This document shows, piece after piece, positions 25,138 through 36,554 of a stretch of DNA of 64,000 bases. Within the stretch, counting starts at the first letter, position 1; each line of letters opens with the position of its first letter. The notes under the pieces were generated by a model. The model saw nothing but the letters and a program-made list of their open reading frames with translations. It was not told the origin of the DNA and did not search any database. The stretch covers positions 43,632,224 to 43,696,223 of the forward strand of contig NC_068990.1 in the NCBI RefSeq assembly GCF_001194135.2, written 5' to 3'. A program made the position numbers and the translations under genes. Origin of the DNA: Octopus bimaculoides. Taxonomy: Eukaryota.

Positions 25138-26697
25138 GTGCGTGCGTGCGCGTGCGCGCGTGCATGGTGCGTGCGTGCGTGCGTGTGTGTGTTACATACA
25201 TGTGAAAAGCAAATTAAACCTGTACTCTTCACTTTATAATAGCATTTGGAATGAGATTAAGTGAAATTAAGCAAATTAAGTGAAACACTTATAAACTAAG
25301 TTATGCACTTTTAGTTGGCTAGGAACTTACAACTTCCCATGGGTACCAATCTAGTTTGGTTCAGTAGAGTATCGGTTCAATGCTGGAAATTCCATAGAGT
25401 ACATACTTCTAGTAGGTGGGAGTGCTTCTTTTTTTCCCCCCCTTCCCTTATCACTTATAATACCAGATAACATGACCAGCCTTAGGGGAAAGTGAAAATG
25501 TAGGAATAAAGCTTTTATTATGATTTATTAAATAGAGGAATATAGCATTAATTATATTTATTATGTTTGCATTTTTTTTATTTGCTAACTGGAAGACTCA
25601 AAACACATGAAGTGGTGCCTCTTACCACATGACCCCACCAACACTGCCACCAGCAAATATTGCAGTTGCCAGTATGTTCAACCAGCCATGCATGATAATG
25701 TGATTGGTGCTTCTGCAATCTTGCTTTGGGTAGGATTATTTTATCAATATTTAAGGCAGCAAAATGCTTAACGGCATTTCATCCATCTTTACATTCTGAG
25801 TTCAAATTCCGCCAAGGTCCACTTTGCCTTTCATTCTTTCAGAGTTGATAAAATAAGTACCAGTTGAGCACTGGGGTTGATGTAACTGATTTAGCCCCTC
25901 CTCCAAAATTACTGGTCTTCTGCTCAAATTTGAAACCATTATTTCATCAATATTCAGGATGGGAGATGGTACATGCAGTAGAGTACTTGCAGTATTTAGT
26001 AATTTGCTGCTTTACATTCAAAGTTCAGTTCCTGTTGAAGAGAGTTCAAGATTTCTTTCCAATATATCAAATACTAGTAATAGACTCGAGTTAGTTTATC
26101 ATTCTCATCATTTTACACCTGTTTTTCCATGCTCACATGGGTCTTCTTTAGGCACACTATCTTGTCAACTGTTGCAGTCTTTTGTCATCACTTTCAAAAG
26201 GTACAGTTGACCAAGATTATCTTTCACCAGTTCTTCCCATGCCTTCTTTTGGTTTTCCCCCTTCACAAATTCCTTCACTTTGGATCACTTGGCACTTTTG
26301 AACCAACTGTCATCCTACACAGGCAACATATATCTGCACCAGCAACAGCTTCTTCACAAGTCCTCTACATCTGATTTCTCCTATACCAAATTTTTCTCTT
26401 TGTTCAATTTGCCACTCCAAGTCATGATGGAACCTTGTTTCAGACACAAATCTACTCTGTAGCTTGTAGCCATCTGTCTTAAAACTCCCAGTTGTCAATA
26501 TTATTGATCTATCACCTCCTTGACATACACTTTCACTGATACTTTTTTAATCTGCATCAGTCAAGAATCTTTCAGCTTTCATACTTCTCCAGATCACCTT
26601 GTATTTCTGAGTTCATTTAGTGGTTATACTGAAGAAGAAAAACACTAGCTTATGTTGAATGCCACATTCCTTAAAGAAAAACTAAATATTCACAGTG

Positions 26698-26938
26698 CTT
26701 GTGCGGGTGGCACATAAAAGACACCATTTCGAGCGTGGCCGTTTTCGTGCGGGTGACACGTAAAAGCACCCACTACACTCTCTGAGTGGTTGGCGTTAGG
26801 AAGGGCATCCAGCTGTAGAAACTCTGCCAAATTAGATTGGAGCCTGGTGTTGCCATCCGGTTTCACCAGTCCTCAGTCAAATCGTCCAACCCATGCTAGC
26901 ATGGAAAGCGGACGTTAAACGATGATGATGATGATGAT
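26698..26938 (+). mobile_element. Young short retroposon (family C) ending in (GAT)n
   Basis: ...GGAAGGGCATCCAGCTGTAGAAACTCTGCC...CATGCTAGCATGGAAAGCGGACGTTAAAC(GAT)n. Other copies at 19923-20064(-), 41500-42380(+), 43461-43799(+), 44156-44410(-) and 55690-55993(+), plus many older ones. Confidence 0.85.
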
Positions 26939-28799
26939 TTGTCGATATCATTTCCTAGTGTATATCTATCTGAAGTCTATCTGACATGTATGTTTGCCTG
27001 GTAAGTGATCAGATGATTGCCCAGTTTCCTGAAGTTAGTGTTCCAAATGGTGAAGTTACTTGCATCAAAACTCCAAGAGTCTTGATCCATTTGTATTCCT
27101 GTATTAGGATCATACACTAGAATATTCCTCTTGGTGTTGCCCAAAGCGTTCATTGTTTAAAATAATGCAACATACAGAATATATATAATAGTCAATGCTG
27201 TAGTATACCTCTCATAATCTCAAATGAAATTTCTATGTTGATAGTCTGAAATCAGCTCACAACTTCTAATCCATCCTATCTGAAGTTCCTCAGTCATCAT
27301 TTCTTTATCCATACCACAGTAAAGCTTAGTTGAAGGGGCTTTTTCCTTTTTCCTGGAGTGCAAATTACATGGCAACTTCACCAATGCAAGTAGCATGAAA
27401 CAAAGCATTCAGTACACAAGGAAGGTCAAAATCATGTGACCTGGTGGTCTCGATGCAGGAGGTGGTGGAGATTAATCTCCCCACAAGCAATATAAACAAG
27501 ATTGCCAATATGGGAGTTTCTCCAGAAGCCAATATGAGAGTTTCTCTCATGGTACCCACCACAGTATAGCTTGTTCTAACAGAACATCCATAATAATGTC
27601 TCTCGGTATTAATACTGCCTCTGCCACTAATATTTTTTAACTAGCTCACTGGGTAATTGCAACAGCAGTGCCTGTTCTGGCACTGTAACACTATATATCA
27701 CTTGCAGAAATAAATTGCTGCTATCTCTACCAGTTGAACATCCATCACTGACAAGACCCAACAAGGTCAAAATCACAGGATCTAATGGTCTCAGTGTTGG
27801 AGGTCGTGGAGATTTATCTCCCTGCTAGTGATATAAACAAGAGTGCATTTTGTACCAAAAGCCGATATGAGAGTTTTACTCATGGTAACAACTGCAGAAT
27901 AGTTTGTTCTAACGGAATATCCTTGCTTAAGTGGGGATAAATATTACCTCTCGGTATTAACACTGCCTGTTGCTAATAAATATTTTTTACTATTGTAAAG
28001 TGGTTTGTGGTAGGAAGAGCATGCAGCTGCAGAAACCATGCCAAAGTTGATATTGGAGCTTGATGCAGCTCTGTGGCTTGCCAGATCCTGTCAAACTGCC
28101 CAACTCATTCCAGCATGGAAAATGGGCTACAAATAATGTTGTTATGGATATATAATGATTAGCTTCTGTAATTAGTTGTAGTTACACAAATAAGACAACG
28201 TTAAAGTAGGAGGATGTCATGAGAGAGAGAGAGAAAGAGAGAAAGAGTGTAAGCAATGTGTACATATAAAATGGTAACTAAAAGTATACTAAATACCAAA
28301 CAAGATAAATTCTTGATTTAGTGAAAGTAGCCTTTCTTTGAAAGAAGCTCAAATGCTTAGCTGCAATTGTGACTAATTCCAAATGAGAACAGATATCCTC
28401 CAAATTAACATAATATTTATAAAAAAGAAGTACGTAGCCACACCTGCCCTCTCATGTCCAGCAGACACACGCACATACATGTACACATCCACATATTTAC
28501 ACATATACACCCTCCACACAAATGCATACACACACATCATCATAGCATGGGCTGGACACTTTGATAGGATCCAACAGGTCCAAAGACTACATCGTGCTCC
28601 AATGTCTGTTTTGGCAGAGTTCCTATGGCTCCATGCACATTACTAATGCCAACTACTTTACAACATGTACTGGCTGCTTTTCTTCATGGCACCAGCACTT
28701 GTGAAGTAACCATGCAGCCTGCAAAATTAACGTCCCCTTCAATTAAGTCAGTTTGCAGTAAAGAGAGAGTTAAAAGCTCTTATGATAAGAGATGAGGGT

Positions 28800-29022
28800 T
28801 TAATTCTTTAGCATTTAAGCCAGCCATATCCAGCCCATATATTTTACCACTTTATGTTTAAACTGGCCAGATCCAGCCTCTCACATCTACCCTACAATGT
28901 CATTCTAAAAATAATCACATCATTGAAAAATTCAAGGTCTGTAATAATACTTGATTAACTTTAAAAAATGTGGATAAATATGCTTTACATTTGATAAATT
29001 AACCTGAATGCTAAAGGGTTAA
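28800..29022. mobile_element. piggyBac-like MITE
   Basis: Ends TTAATTCTTTAGCA and TGCTAAAGGGTTAA. Related copies at about 2284-2513 and 63180-63310; a similar TTAA-type family at about 31405-31632. Confidence 0.5.
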
Positions 29023-29459
29023 AGAAGTGACCAGAATAAGTCTCTTGCAGTAGAGGAGCTACATGGCTACTCACATTCTAGAAGTGAAAGTAGGAGTGGC
29101 CAAGGTGAAGCATGAAAAGCAATAAAAATAGTGGTGATGAGGTAGATGTTAGGGTGTACCCTCAGAACAAGTGCAGATGGGTAGAGGCTGCAAGACTAAA
29201 CGGAAGGGTGAGAGATGGTTAGAGACAGGGAATGAATGAGCAGGTGAATAATGAAAAACCAGTGTTGAGAGATGCTAAGTAGGGAAGGTAAAAAGAGTTG
29301 GTAACAACTGGAGAGACTGGTAGGGTTGAGGGGGTGACCAATAATACATGAGTTGGGGGAGGGGTAGCAGAGAGATGATTGACTGACTGCACAAAAGGGG
29401 TGGGGATTGAAGAGCAGCAGAGTAATGATATTTTCTTTATAATTATTAATATCTTTTCT

Positions 29460-30650
29460 ACTATAGGCACAAGGCCTGAAGCTTTGAGGTGGGGGAGTGA
29501 GGGGGAGGCACTAGAGAATTACATCAGCCTCAGTACTTGACTGTTTCTTATTTAATTGACCCCAAAAAGATGCTGGCAAAGTCAACCTCGATGAGAATTT
29601 ATCTCAGAACATAAACACACATGAGATGCCACAAATCATTCTGCCTGGTGTGCTGCCAATGCTTTTGCTGGTTCGGTCATCAACAGCATTTCATGTCCAC
29701 TTTTCATGCTGGCATGAATAATAATAATCCTTTCTACAATAAGCACAAGGCTTGAAATTTTGGCGGCATGGGCTAGTCGGTTACATCAACCTCAGTGTTC
29801 AATTGGTACTTTTTTCATCGACCCCAAAAGGATAAAAGGTAAAGCCGACCTCGAATTCGAACTCAGAACATGTAGACAGACAAAATGCCACTAAGCATTT
29901 TGCCCAGCATGCTAACGATTCTGCCAGCTCACTGCCTTAATAATAATAATGATGATTTCAAATATTGGCACAAAGCCAGCAGTTTCCGGGAGGGGTTAAA
30001 TTGATTACATCAACCCCAGTACTTATTTTATCAACCCCAGTGACATTTGAACTCAGAATATGAAGACGGTTGAAACGTCGCTTAGCATATCGTCCAGTGT
30101 GCTAAAGATTCTGCCAGCATGCCACCTTATATAAATCCATTCTACTATAAGGACAAGCCCTGAAATTTGTTGGGAAGGAATAGTCAGTTACATCAACCCC
30201 AGTACATTATTTACATTAGATGGATATGTGTCTTCATCTTGTTTGCTGTTACCACGTTTCAACTGATTTACTCTCCAGCCTTCATCAGGTGTCCTGGTTG
30301 TATTTTGAACCCAATCCTGAGTTCTCATTCCTAATGTATTTTTTTGCTGATATTATTATTATTATTTATTCAAGGCACTGCCTGGAATTGAATATGCAAT
30401 CTTGAGGTTAGTAGACGAGATGAAGACAAGAAGACAAGATGAGGACACATATCCATCTAATGTAAATAATGTACAGAATTCCTCATCTCAAAAATATAGA
30501 ACAGTATCAACCCCAGTGCCCAATTGGTACTTATTTCATCTAGCATAAGTTAATGAAAGGCAAAGTCAACCTCAGGAGAATTTGACCTTCTAAAGAAATG
30601 CTGCTGAGCATTTTGTCCAGTATGCTAATGATTCTGACAGCTTGCCACTT
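29460..30650 (-). mobile_element. Cluster of tRNA-derived SINE (family D) copies
   Basis: Repeated GAGCTGGCAGAATCGTTAGCA...TTCTGAGTTC(A/G)AATT...GGGGTTGATGTAA on the minus strand. Other copies at 13740-13955(-), 24735-24950(+) and 25750-25940(+). Confidence 0.75.
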
Positions 30651-31080
30651 TAATAAGAGTAATAATACAATAGACAAGGGAAGAATAAGAAAGGATGATT
30701 GGGTAAATTGCAGGAGTGTGGAGAATTCAAAGTGAAAGAGGAGAGACATATAGTGATAGAGTAAAGATAAATTGGTGGCTCAAGAGGATGATCAATGTAA
30801 AGTGTGGGTGGAGATGATAGGATTGATGGATAAGAGAAATCATTCCAGGGGAGGTGGTAGTAAGAAAGACAAGTGTTATCAGGGAAAAGCCAGTGAAGTA
30901 TGCATTTCCTGGCTAATTATGATTTTATTCAACATATTCTCTCAAATTCACACACTTATTGCAGCGCTCTTTCAGTTTTTTCTAAGCTCTGTAAAAGAAC
31001 TCAGAAGGCTGGGTCCCCAACTAAGCCTTCTGCAATACACTTAAAGCCGAAAACTTTAAAGCACCTCCTCGTACGTGAAG

Positions 31081-31119
<39 letters not shown>

Positions 31120-32758
31120 TTATAAGAATGTCATGCAATAAATATGGTCAATGCCCATTTTTTAAATATACATACATCGCAATACAAAAAATGCAGAAGA
31201 AACACTCACATCCAGACTTCCACCAAATGCAAACAGGTCTAATATAGTTATTTGGAACACAAAATCACATGCATTCACAGAGGTCAGATACCTGACAGAA
31301 TTTAATATTTCTTTCAAATTCAATGAGAAGGAGAATATAAACAATCATTTCAAAATCCAGAGCTCCTCCAGCCAGTTTATAAATTTATATTGGCTATAAG
31401 TACATGTTCAACCCTTTTGTTACCATATTTCTGTTGAGATGCTCTGTTTCTTTCAATCAATTTTAAATATAACAAAGAATTTTGTAAAATAACTTGGTTA
31501 TCATTAAGCTAGTGTTAGGAACATAAATTGTGACTAAGGTTTGGTGGAAGATTTTAATTCAGAACTTTTGAAAATAAGACATTTGTACTACAGAGCCAGA
31601 GACAGTTTCAGGTGGGTTGGTATCAAAAGGATGAAGTAACAATTAGGAAAAAATAGGGTTTTCAATCAAAATGTGACCAGCTAATACATACTTCACAAAT
31701 ACAATCTGTATACACATGTATTTTTTAAAGTTCAACTTGTAACATTTTTATTTTTTAACAAAATTCCAGCAAGCTACATTTCAAAAGTCAATTCTTTGAA
31801 ACTTCATTCTTTATAAGAAGGATTCAAATAATTAAAACAAAAAGAAGCATACATACGCAGAGACACGTTAACATATTTGTGTGTGTGTGTGTGTGTGTAT
31901 GTCTATGCAATATATTTTTTACTTTTTACCTTCACTGGATTGCAGCCATACTGGGACACAGCCTTGAAGTCGAACAAATAGACCCTAATTTTAGAGTTTG
32001 GTAGGTATTCTGTTGACCACTTTTGCCAAACCACTAAGTTACCAGGACATAAACAAACCAATACCACCTGACAAGTGGTGAAGAAGACAAACAGGAAGAG
32101 ACATACAGACATACACACACACACACAGGTTTCCACATAGTTTCCATCAACTAAACTCACTCATAGTGCATTGGCCAGCCAAGGGCAATAGCAGAAGATA
32201 CTTGCCCAAGGTGCTACACAAGGGGACTGACCGTGAAACCACATGGTTGTAAAGCATGCTTCTAAACCATACAATCACATATATATATATTCTCATTGAC
32301 CATGGTCAAAGTCACCCAAATTGATCATGCTATCCATCAGACTTCTGCATAATGACTGGGAGGTAAACAGAGCAACATCCGATGTCCATACAGATAGGGT
32401 GAATGAAGAGCTCTTTACAAACAGCCAGTTCATGTATATCGATATCAGAGTGTCACCAATGAGTTGTTGCTCCAGTAAGGTCATGCAAAACCAAAGTCAT
32501 CCTTTCTCTCATGACATCACTGTTTGCATGAAGGCTACCATACATTTTTCTTTTATTTTATTCAGATACTTTTACTGAGATAATCAAAAAACAAAGATAC
32601 AGCTCTCCATTGCATCTGGTAGCTCTGACTTCCTGATGACACTGAAGACATCAAGAATAGGCCATGCAGTCAACAGACAAAATTTTACATCCTTTGCAGT
32701 GGATGTGATGTTACTTCCTTGGAAATACATATATTACATAAGCACATTCTTACACAAA

Positions 32759-32829
<71 letters not shown>

Positions 32830-33331
32830 GTATGTATATATATATATAATCATCGTTTTTACATCTACTTTTCTATGCACACAAAGGCCAAACGAAATTC
32901 AAGGTAGATTTTCTATGGTCAGACGGCCTTCTTGTTGCCAGTCCTCACCCGTTTCAAAGGCAATATTTCCTCATAACCAGAGAGGTTTTTACAGAAGATT
33001 GAGAACAAAGACCACCGCTTGCATGACTGTGACATTCGTTTACAACTGTCACGTGATGTCAAGGAAAGGAGACAGTAACACGCACATATACATAATAGAA
33101 TGGTTATGTAAAATCTAGGCGATCACCGCAGTAGCACTTCTTGCAGAAACCTGGCTAGCGTAGTGTTCGAATAGTGACGAGCTTCCTTTCAGTTTCCAAC
33201 TACTAAATCCACTCAAGGATTTGGTCGGCCTGGGGCTATAGAAGACACCTGCCCAAGGTGCCACGTATGTATAAATACACACATATTCTGAATAGAAGAT
33301 TGAAACTAGTTACGTGTATAGTTTATTACAC

Positions 33332-33391
<60 letters not shown>

Positions 33392-36060
33392 TGATGAGAG
33401 AGAGATGAGGGGGAGAGAGAGAGAGATGAGGGGGGAGAGAGAGAGAGATGAGGGAGAGAGATTATTAGAACGATTCATTAGAATCTAGGCGCATCAACAC
33501 GTAGGACGCCAGAACTGGCTAGGTACCATAACAGTGAGGTAAAATAAACACGAGGTATCGTGTTGGTAGTATACAGCACGTATTTAGAAATGTAAGTACC
33601 AAATCCAATTTAAACTGTAGATCCGACTCAGGGTTGGTTCTAGGCGCGACGGAGGTATAGAAAGAACACGAACGAGATTTAATCATAAACATAAATAAAT
33701 GAACGAAACTATAAGAAGTTTTCAAAAAATTCAGAGGTTCACATTAAAAGCAGAGTTCGTGAGTTTGTACAGCCTATAGCATGTTATTAAGGTCGATTAA
33801 TTAATGAAAAACACGTAAACTAAGTGGGCAGGTGGTTTTGCTCTAGTTGTGATTGGTTGCATTTTGAAAGGCTGGTGATGTGTTACTGCTGAATATAAGT
33901 CGGCTTAGCGACTGTTGACAGATATATATTAACTTACCTGAAAAAGGTTAAAGTATAACGACAACAACCACTTCACAAGATGATCATATCGTCTTGTGTT
34001 CTAACAAACAATGGGAGCTTACAAGACGGCTCAATTATCTCAGGCTGCATTTCACGGTTTTTACATTGCTTCAGTAGTTTTGCCGAATAATCCGACTTAA
34101 ATGACTAATCCGACTTAAAATATTGCTTGAACGGTAATATATATATATATATATATATATAAAACAGGTGAGTAGTGCATTACAGAGAGAGGGAGAGAAG
34201 GTGTAAATAGATAAAGAGAACGCCAAAGACAGAGACTGAGATAAAGACAGAGAGGTGTATGAAAAAAAAAAAACATCAAGAGAGTAAGAAAGAAAGAAAA
34301 AAAGCGTAAGAGAAATCGAAAGACAGAAAGGGTGAAAAGCCTAAGAGAGAATGAGAAACATGAGTGCTACAGGCAACCATCCGAATGAAAAGTTGATAAC
34401 CTTCCAGCATTATTTAAATATTAAATTAGAAAAAAAAGTTGCTCAATGGAAATAATGCTTTCTGTCTTTTAACTGTGCTGAGAGGAAAAAAAAAAAAAAG
34501 ACAGAATTGGAACTATAGAAAGGAAGGAGACATGAGAAAAAAAAAAAAAAAAAATCACCGAGTTAATTACACGACACCTGCTAGCCTCGATGCAGTCGGC
34601 CACCTGCTAGAAACAGCAGTCAAAATTTCCCTCTAACAACACGACCGTAAAAAAGAGAGACACGTTGGCTAATGTAGTCAAAGGTAGGCGAAGCCCGAGG
34701 AAAGGACAGTATGTCATGGCTGGAACAGTTTGGATTGTAGGACCATTTAGTCAGAGTGGACCCGAGTTTAAACAACTTGGTTTAAGCGAAACGGTTAAGA
34801 AAAAAAAAAAAAACACCTAAATTTTTATTTGTACAATAACACGTTTATTATATTTTATTTTTGCAAACTACAGCTTTATTGTGAATGTGTGGGTACGTGT
34901 ATAAGCTTTTATTTACTGCAAAGGTAACAACGACGACAGTCACACAGTGTCCAGCATAGAATAATACAGCTAAATAAATGGACAGGCAGAAGTAGATGTG
35001 TTGTATATATAATTATATTTATTCGACGCTGATGATTCAGCTTTGAACGAATAAACTCAATTACTTTTTCTCCCCCGTTTATACACTCAGACGTATATAT
35101 GTCTCAATGTCTCTTTCTAACGATTTCATCTCGACAAGACACGAGACCAAATTTTTAATCGAAAAACTAGTATATTACTGGTACTCATTTTATCGACTCC
35201 AGAAAACGAAAGGTAGAAATCGACATCGAGGATGAAGAAGATTTGAGTAGAGAGCATAGAGGGAAGGGGGGGAGCAAATTAAATATATTCATTCTGTGTG
35301 ACACACTACTTTTGATCAGGAGTGTTAATAAATGCAATTTACAAGGTAAAGAAAAATAGTTGATTTTCGACTGACATTGCTCAGTGCGTGTATGATAAAA
35401 GGTGGGGGCGTGATTTGTTCCAAACAACAGCAAATTTGGACAGGTACACCGATCACAGCAACACATTATACATCTAGATAATGGTAATGTTGGAAGAAAA
35501 TAACAAGAATCTAGACCTTCTATAAGATTAGAGGTGAACATTAAAACTCAATAAATATTAATCAAATTGTATGGGCATTGGAAAGAAGCTAAAACATTCA
35601 CGCTTTGGTTTTTAAAAAAAAAATCAAATGTTTTGTTGGGATTTGGGGCGGTGGGTTACAGAGCTGTTCTGTTTTCTTACAATTTTCTTTTTCTTTTTTT
35701 TTAACAGCTTACAGTGAACAGTGATTAGAGTGAACACTGACATCAAAAACGATTTTTTAATTGCAAGCTTATAAGTATACCTAATACTATCCACACAAAT
35801 TTGCAAACTAAATCACTGGAAAATGGCAGCATGTAATTAAAACACCTTTCTTTTCACTAATAGTGGACCTATTTACTTAAAATTAATTACAACCCGTTCT
35901 CCCACAGAAACCTGGCTTCTTGCGAGTTAAAAATTTGAATAGTGGGCACACAGAGTAAGTCTCGTATATTCCAATAAAACATCCTAGAAATGAATGGAAT
36001 TACAATAGAATTTTCTTCATACATAGACATACAGCAAAACAGGCCAACTAAAAAGCTCAC

Positions 36061-36183
36061 CTCATCTTCACTGTCTTTATCCAAAGCACTAGTTAATGGA
36101 TCCTTGAAAGTTTCTTTTGTATTAGAATGAATGTCGGCAGTGTTATCTTTCCCAGACATACAACTATCCTGGGGAGCTGCCAT
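36061..36183 (-). CDS. SNX7/SNX30: Sorting nexin 7/30-like, coding exon 1
   Basis: ATG at 36183, 41 codons (MAAPQDS...DKDSEDE), then donor gtgagc. Phase 0 joins in frame to exon 2. The link rests on phase and position next to a promoter-like region, not on homology. Confidence 0.7.
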
Positions 36184-36529
36184 ATCTGTTGTTATTGATC
36201 GTCGCTTACATCCATCACTATATTATACAACTACAACATGTTACGTCGTTAACGATTAGTCCTTTTTCTAACGAAGCAACCAATCGAATCACATATGATG
36301 AATAACTCTTCGCGTTTAGATTAAGGAAGGGTACCTTTCTTTTTACTAACGTTCTATTTTATTGGTTCAATCGGAAATATTGTGAAAAATTGAGCCAACG
36401 AGAGAGGCTGTTATTTGAGTTTCTCTAGCGACGTACTTTCATTCAGTGATGTTATCATTGTGTGTCGCCGCCTCATGCTTTGTAGTCACATTTTAAGTGA
36501 TTTTCGCCGACCACCAGACCTTGGGGACG
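36184..36529. promoter_or_regulatory. Putative bidirectional promoter
   Basis: Repeat-free, relatively CpG-rich 346 bp between divergent ATGs. CCAAT at 36280-84 and ATTGG at 36361-65, in opposite orientations. Confidence 0.65.
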
Positions 36530-36554
36530 ATGTCTTTTCCAGGGCCAGGCCATG
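36530..36554 (+). CDS. INIP: INIP/SOSS-C, coding exon 1 (MSFPGPGH + G, phase 1)
   Basis: ATGTCTTTTCCAGGGCCAGGCCATG then gtaacg. Phase 1 joins exon 2 to give codon GAA; MSFP resembles the recalled invertebrate SOSS-C N-terminus. Confidence 0.7.

Noticed and set aside
24950-25264. ORFs rich in HT, CV, ER or YI dipeptides (also near 10000, 32750, 33350, 53200, 58500, 62500)
   Set aside because: They are translations of (CA)n, (GA)n and (TA)n microsatellites.
32300-32750. Coding-looking unique stretches (also 57110-57560 and 1270-1560)
   Set aside because: There are stops in all frames, no recognisable motif and no consistent splice sites. They are probably old TE debris.
33928-33945. ACTTACCTG resembling the U1 snRNA 5' end
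   Set aside because: The following sequence does not match U1; it is simply the reverse complement of a splice donor consensus.
35024-35060. CTGATGA-TTCA-GCTT-TGAA-C-GAAT hammerhead-like string
   Set aside because: It has GAAT instead of GAAA, with no helix III or helix I partner.
35887-36060. 3' part of the 98-aa ORF 35887-36183
   Set aside because: It lies beyond the GTGAGC donor and is intronic read-through.
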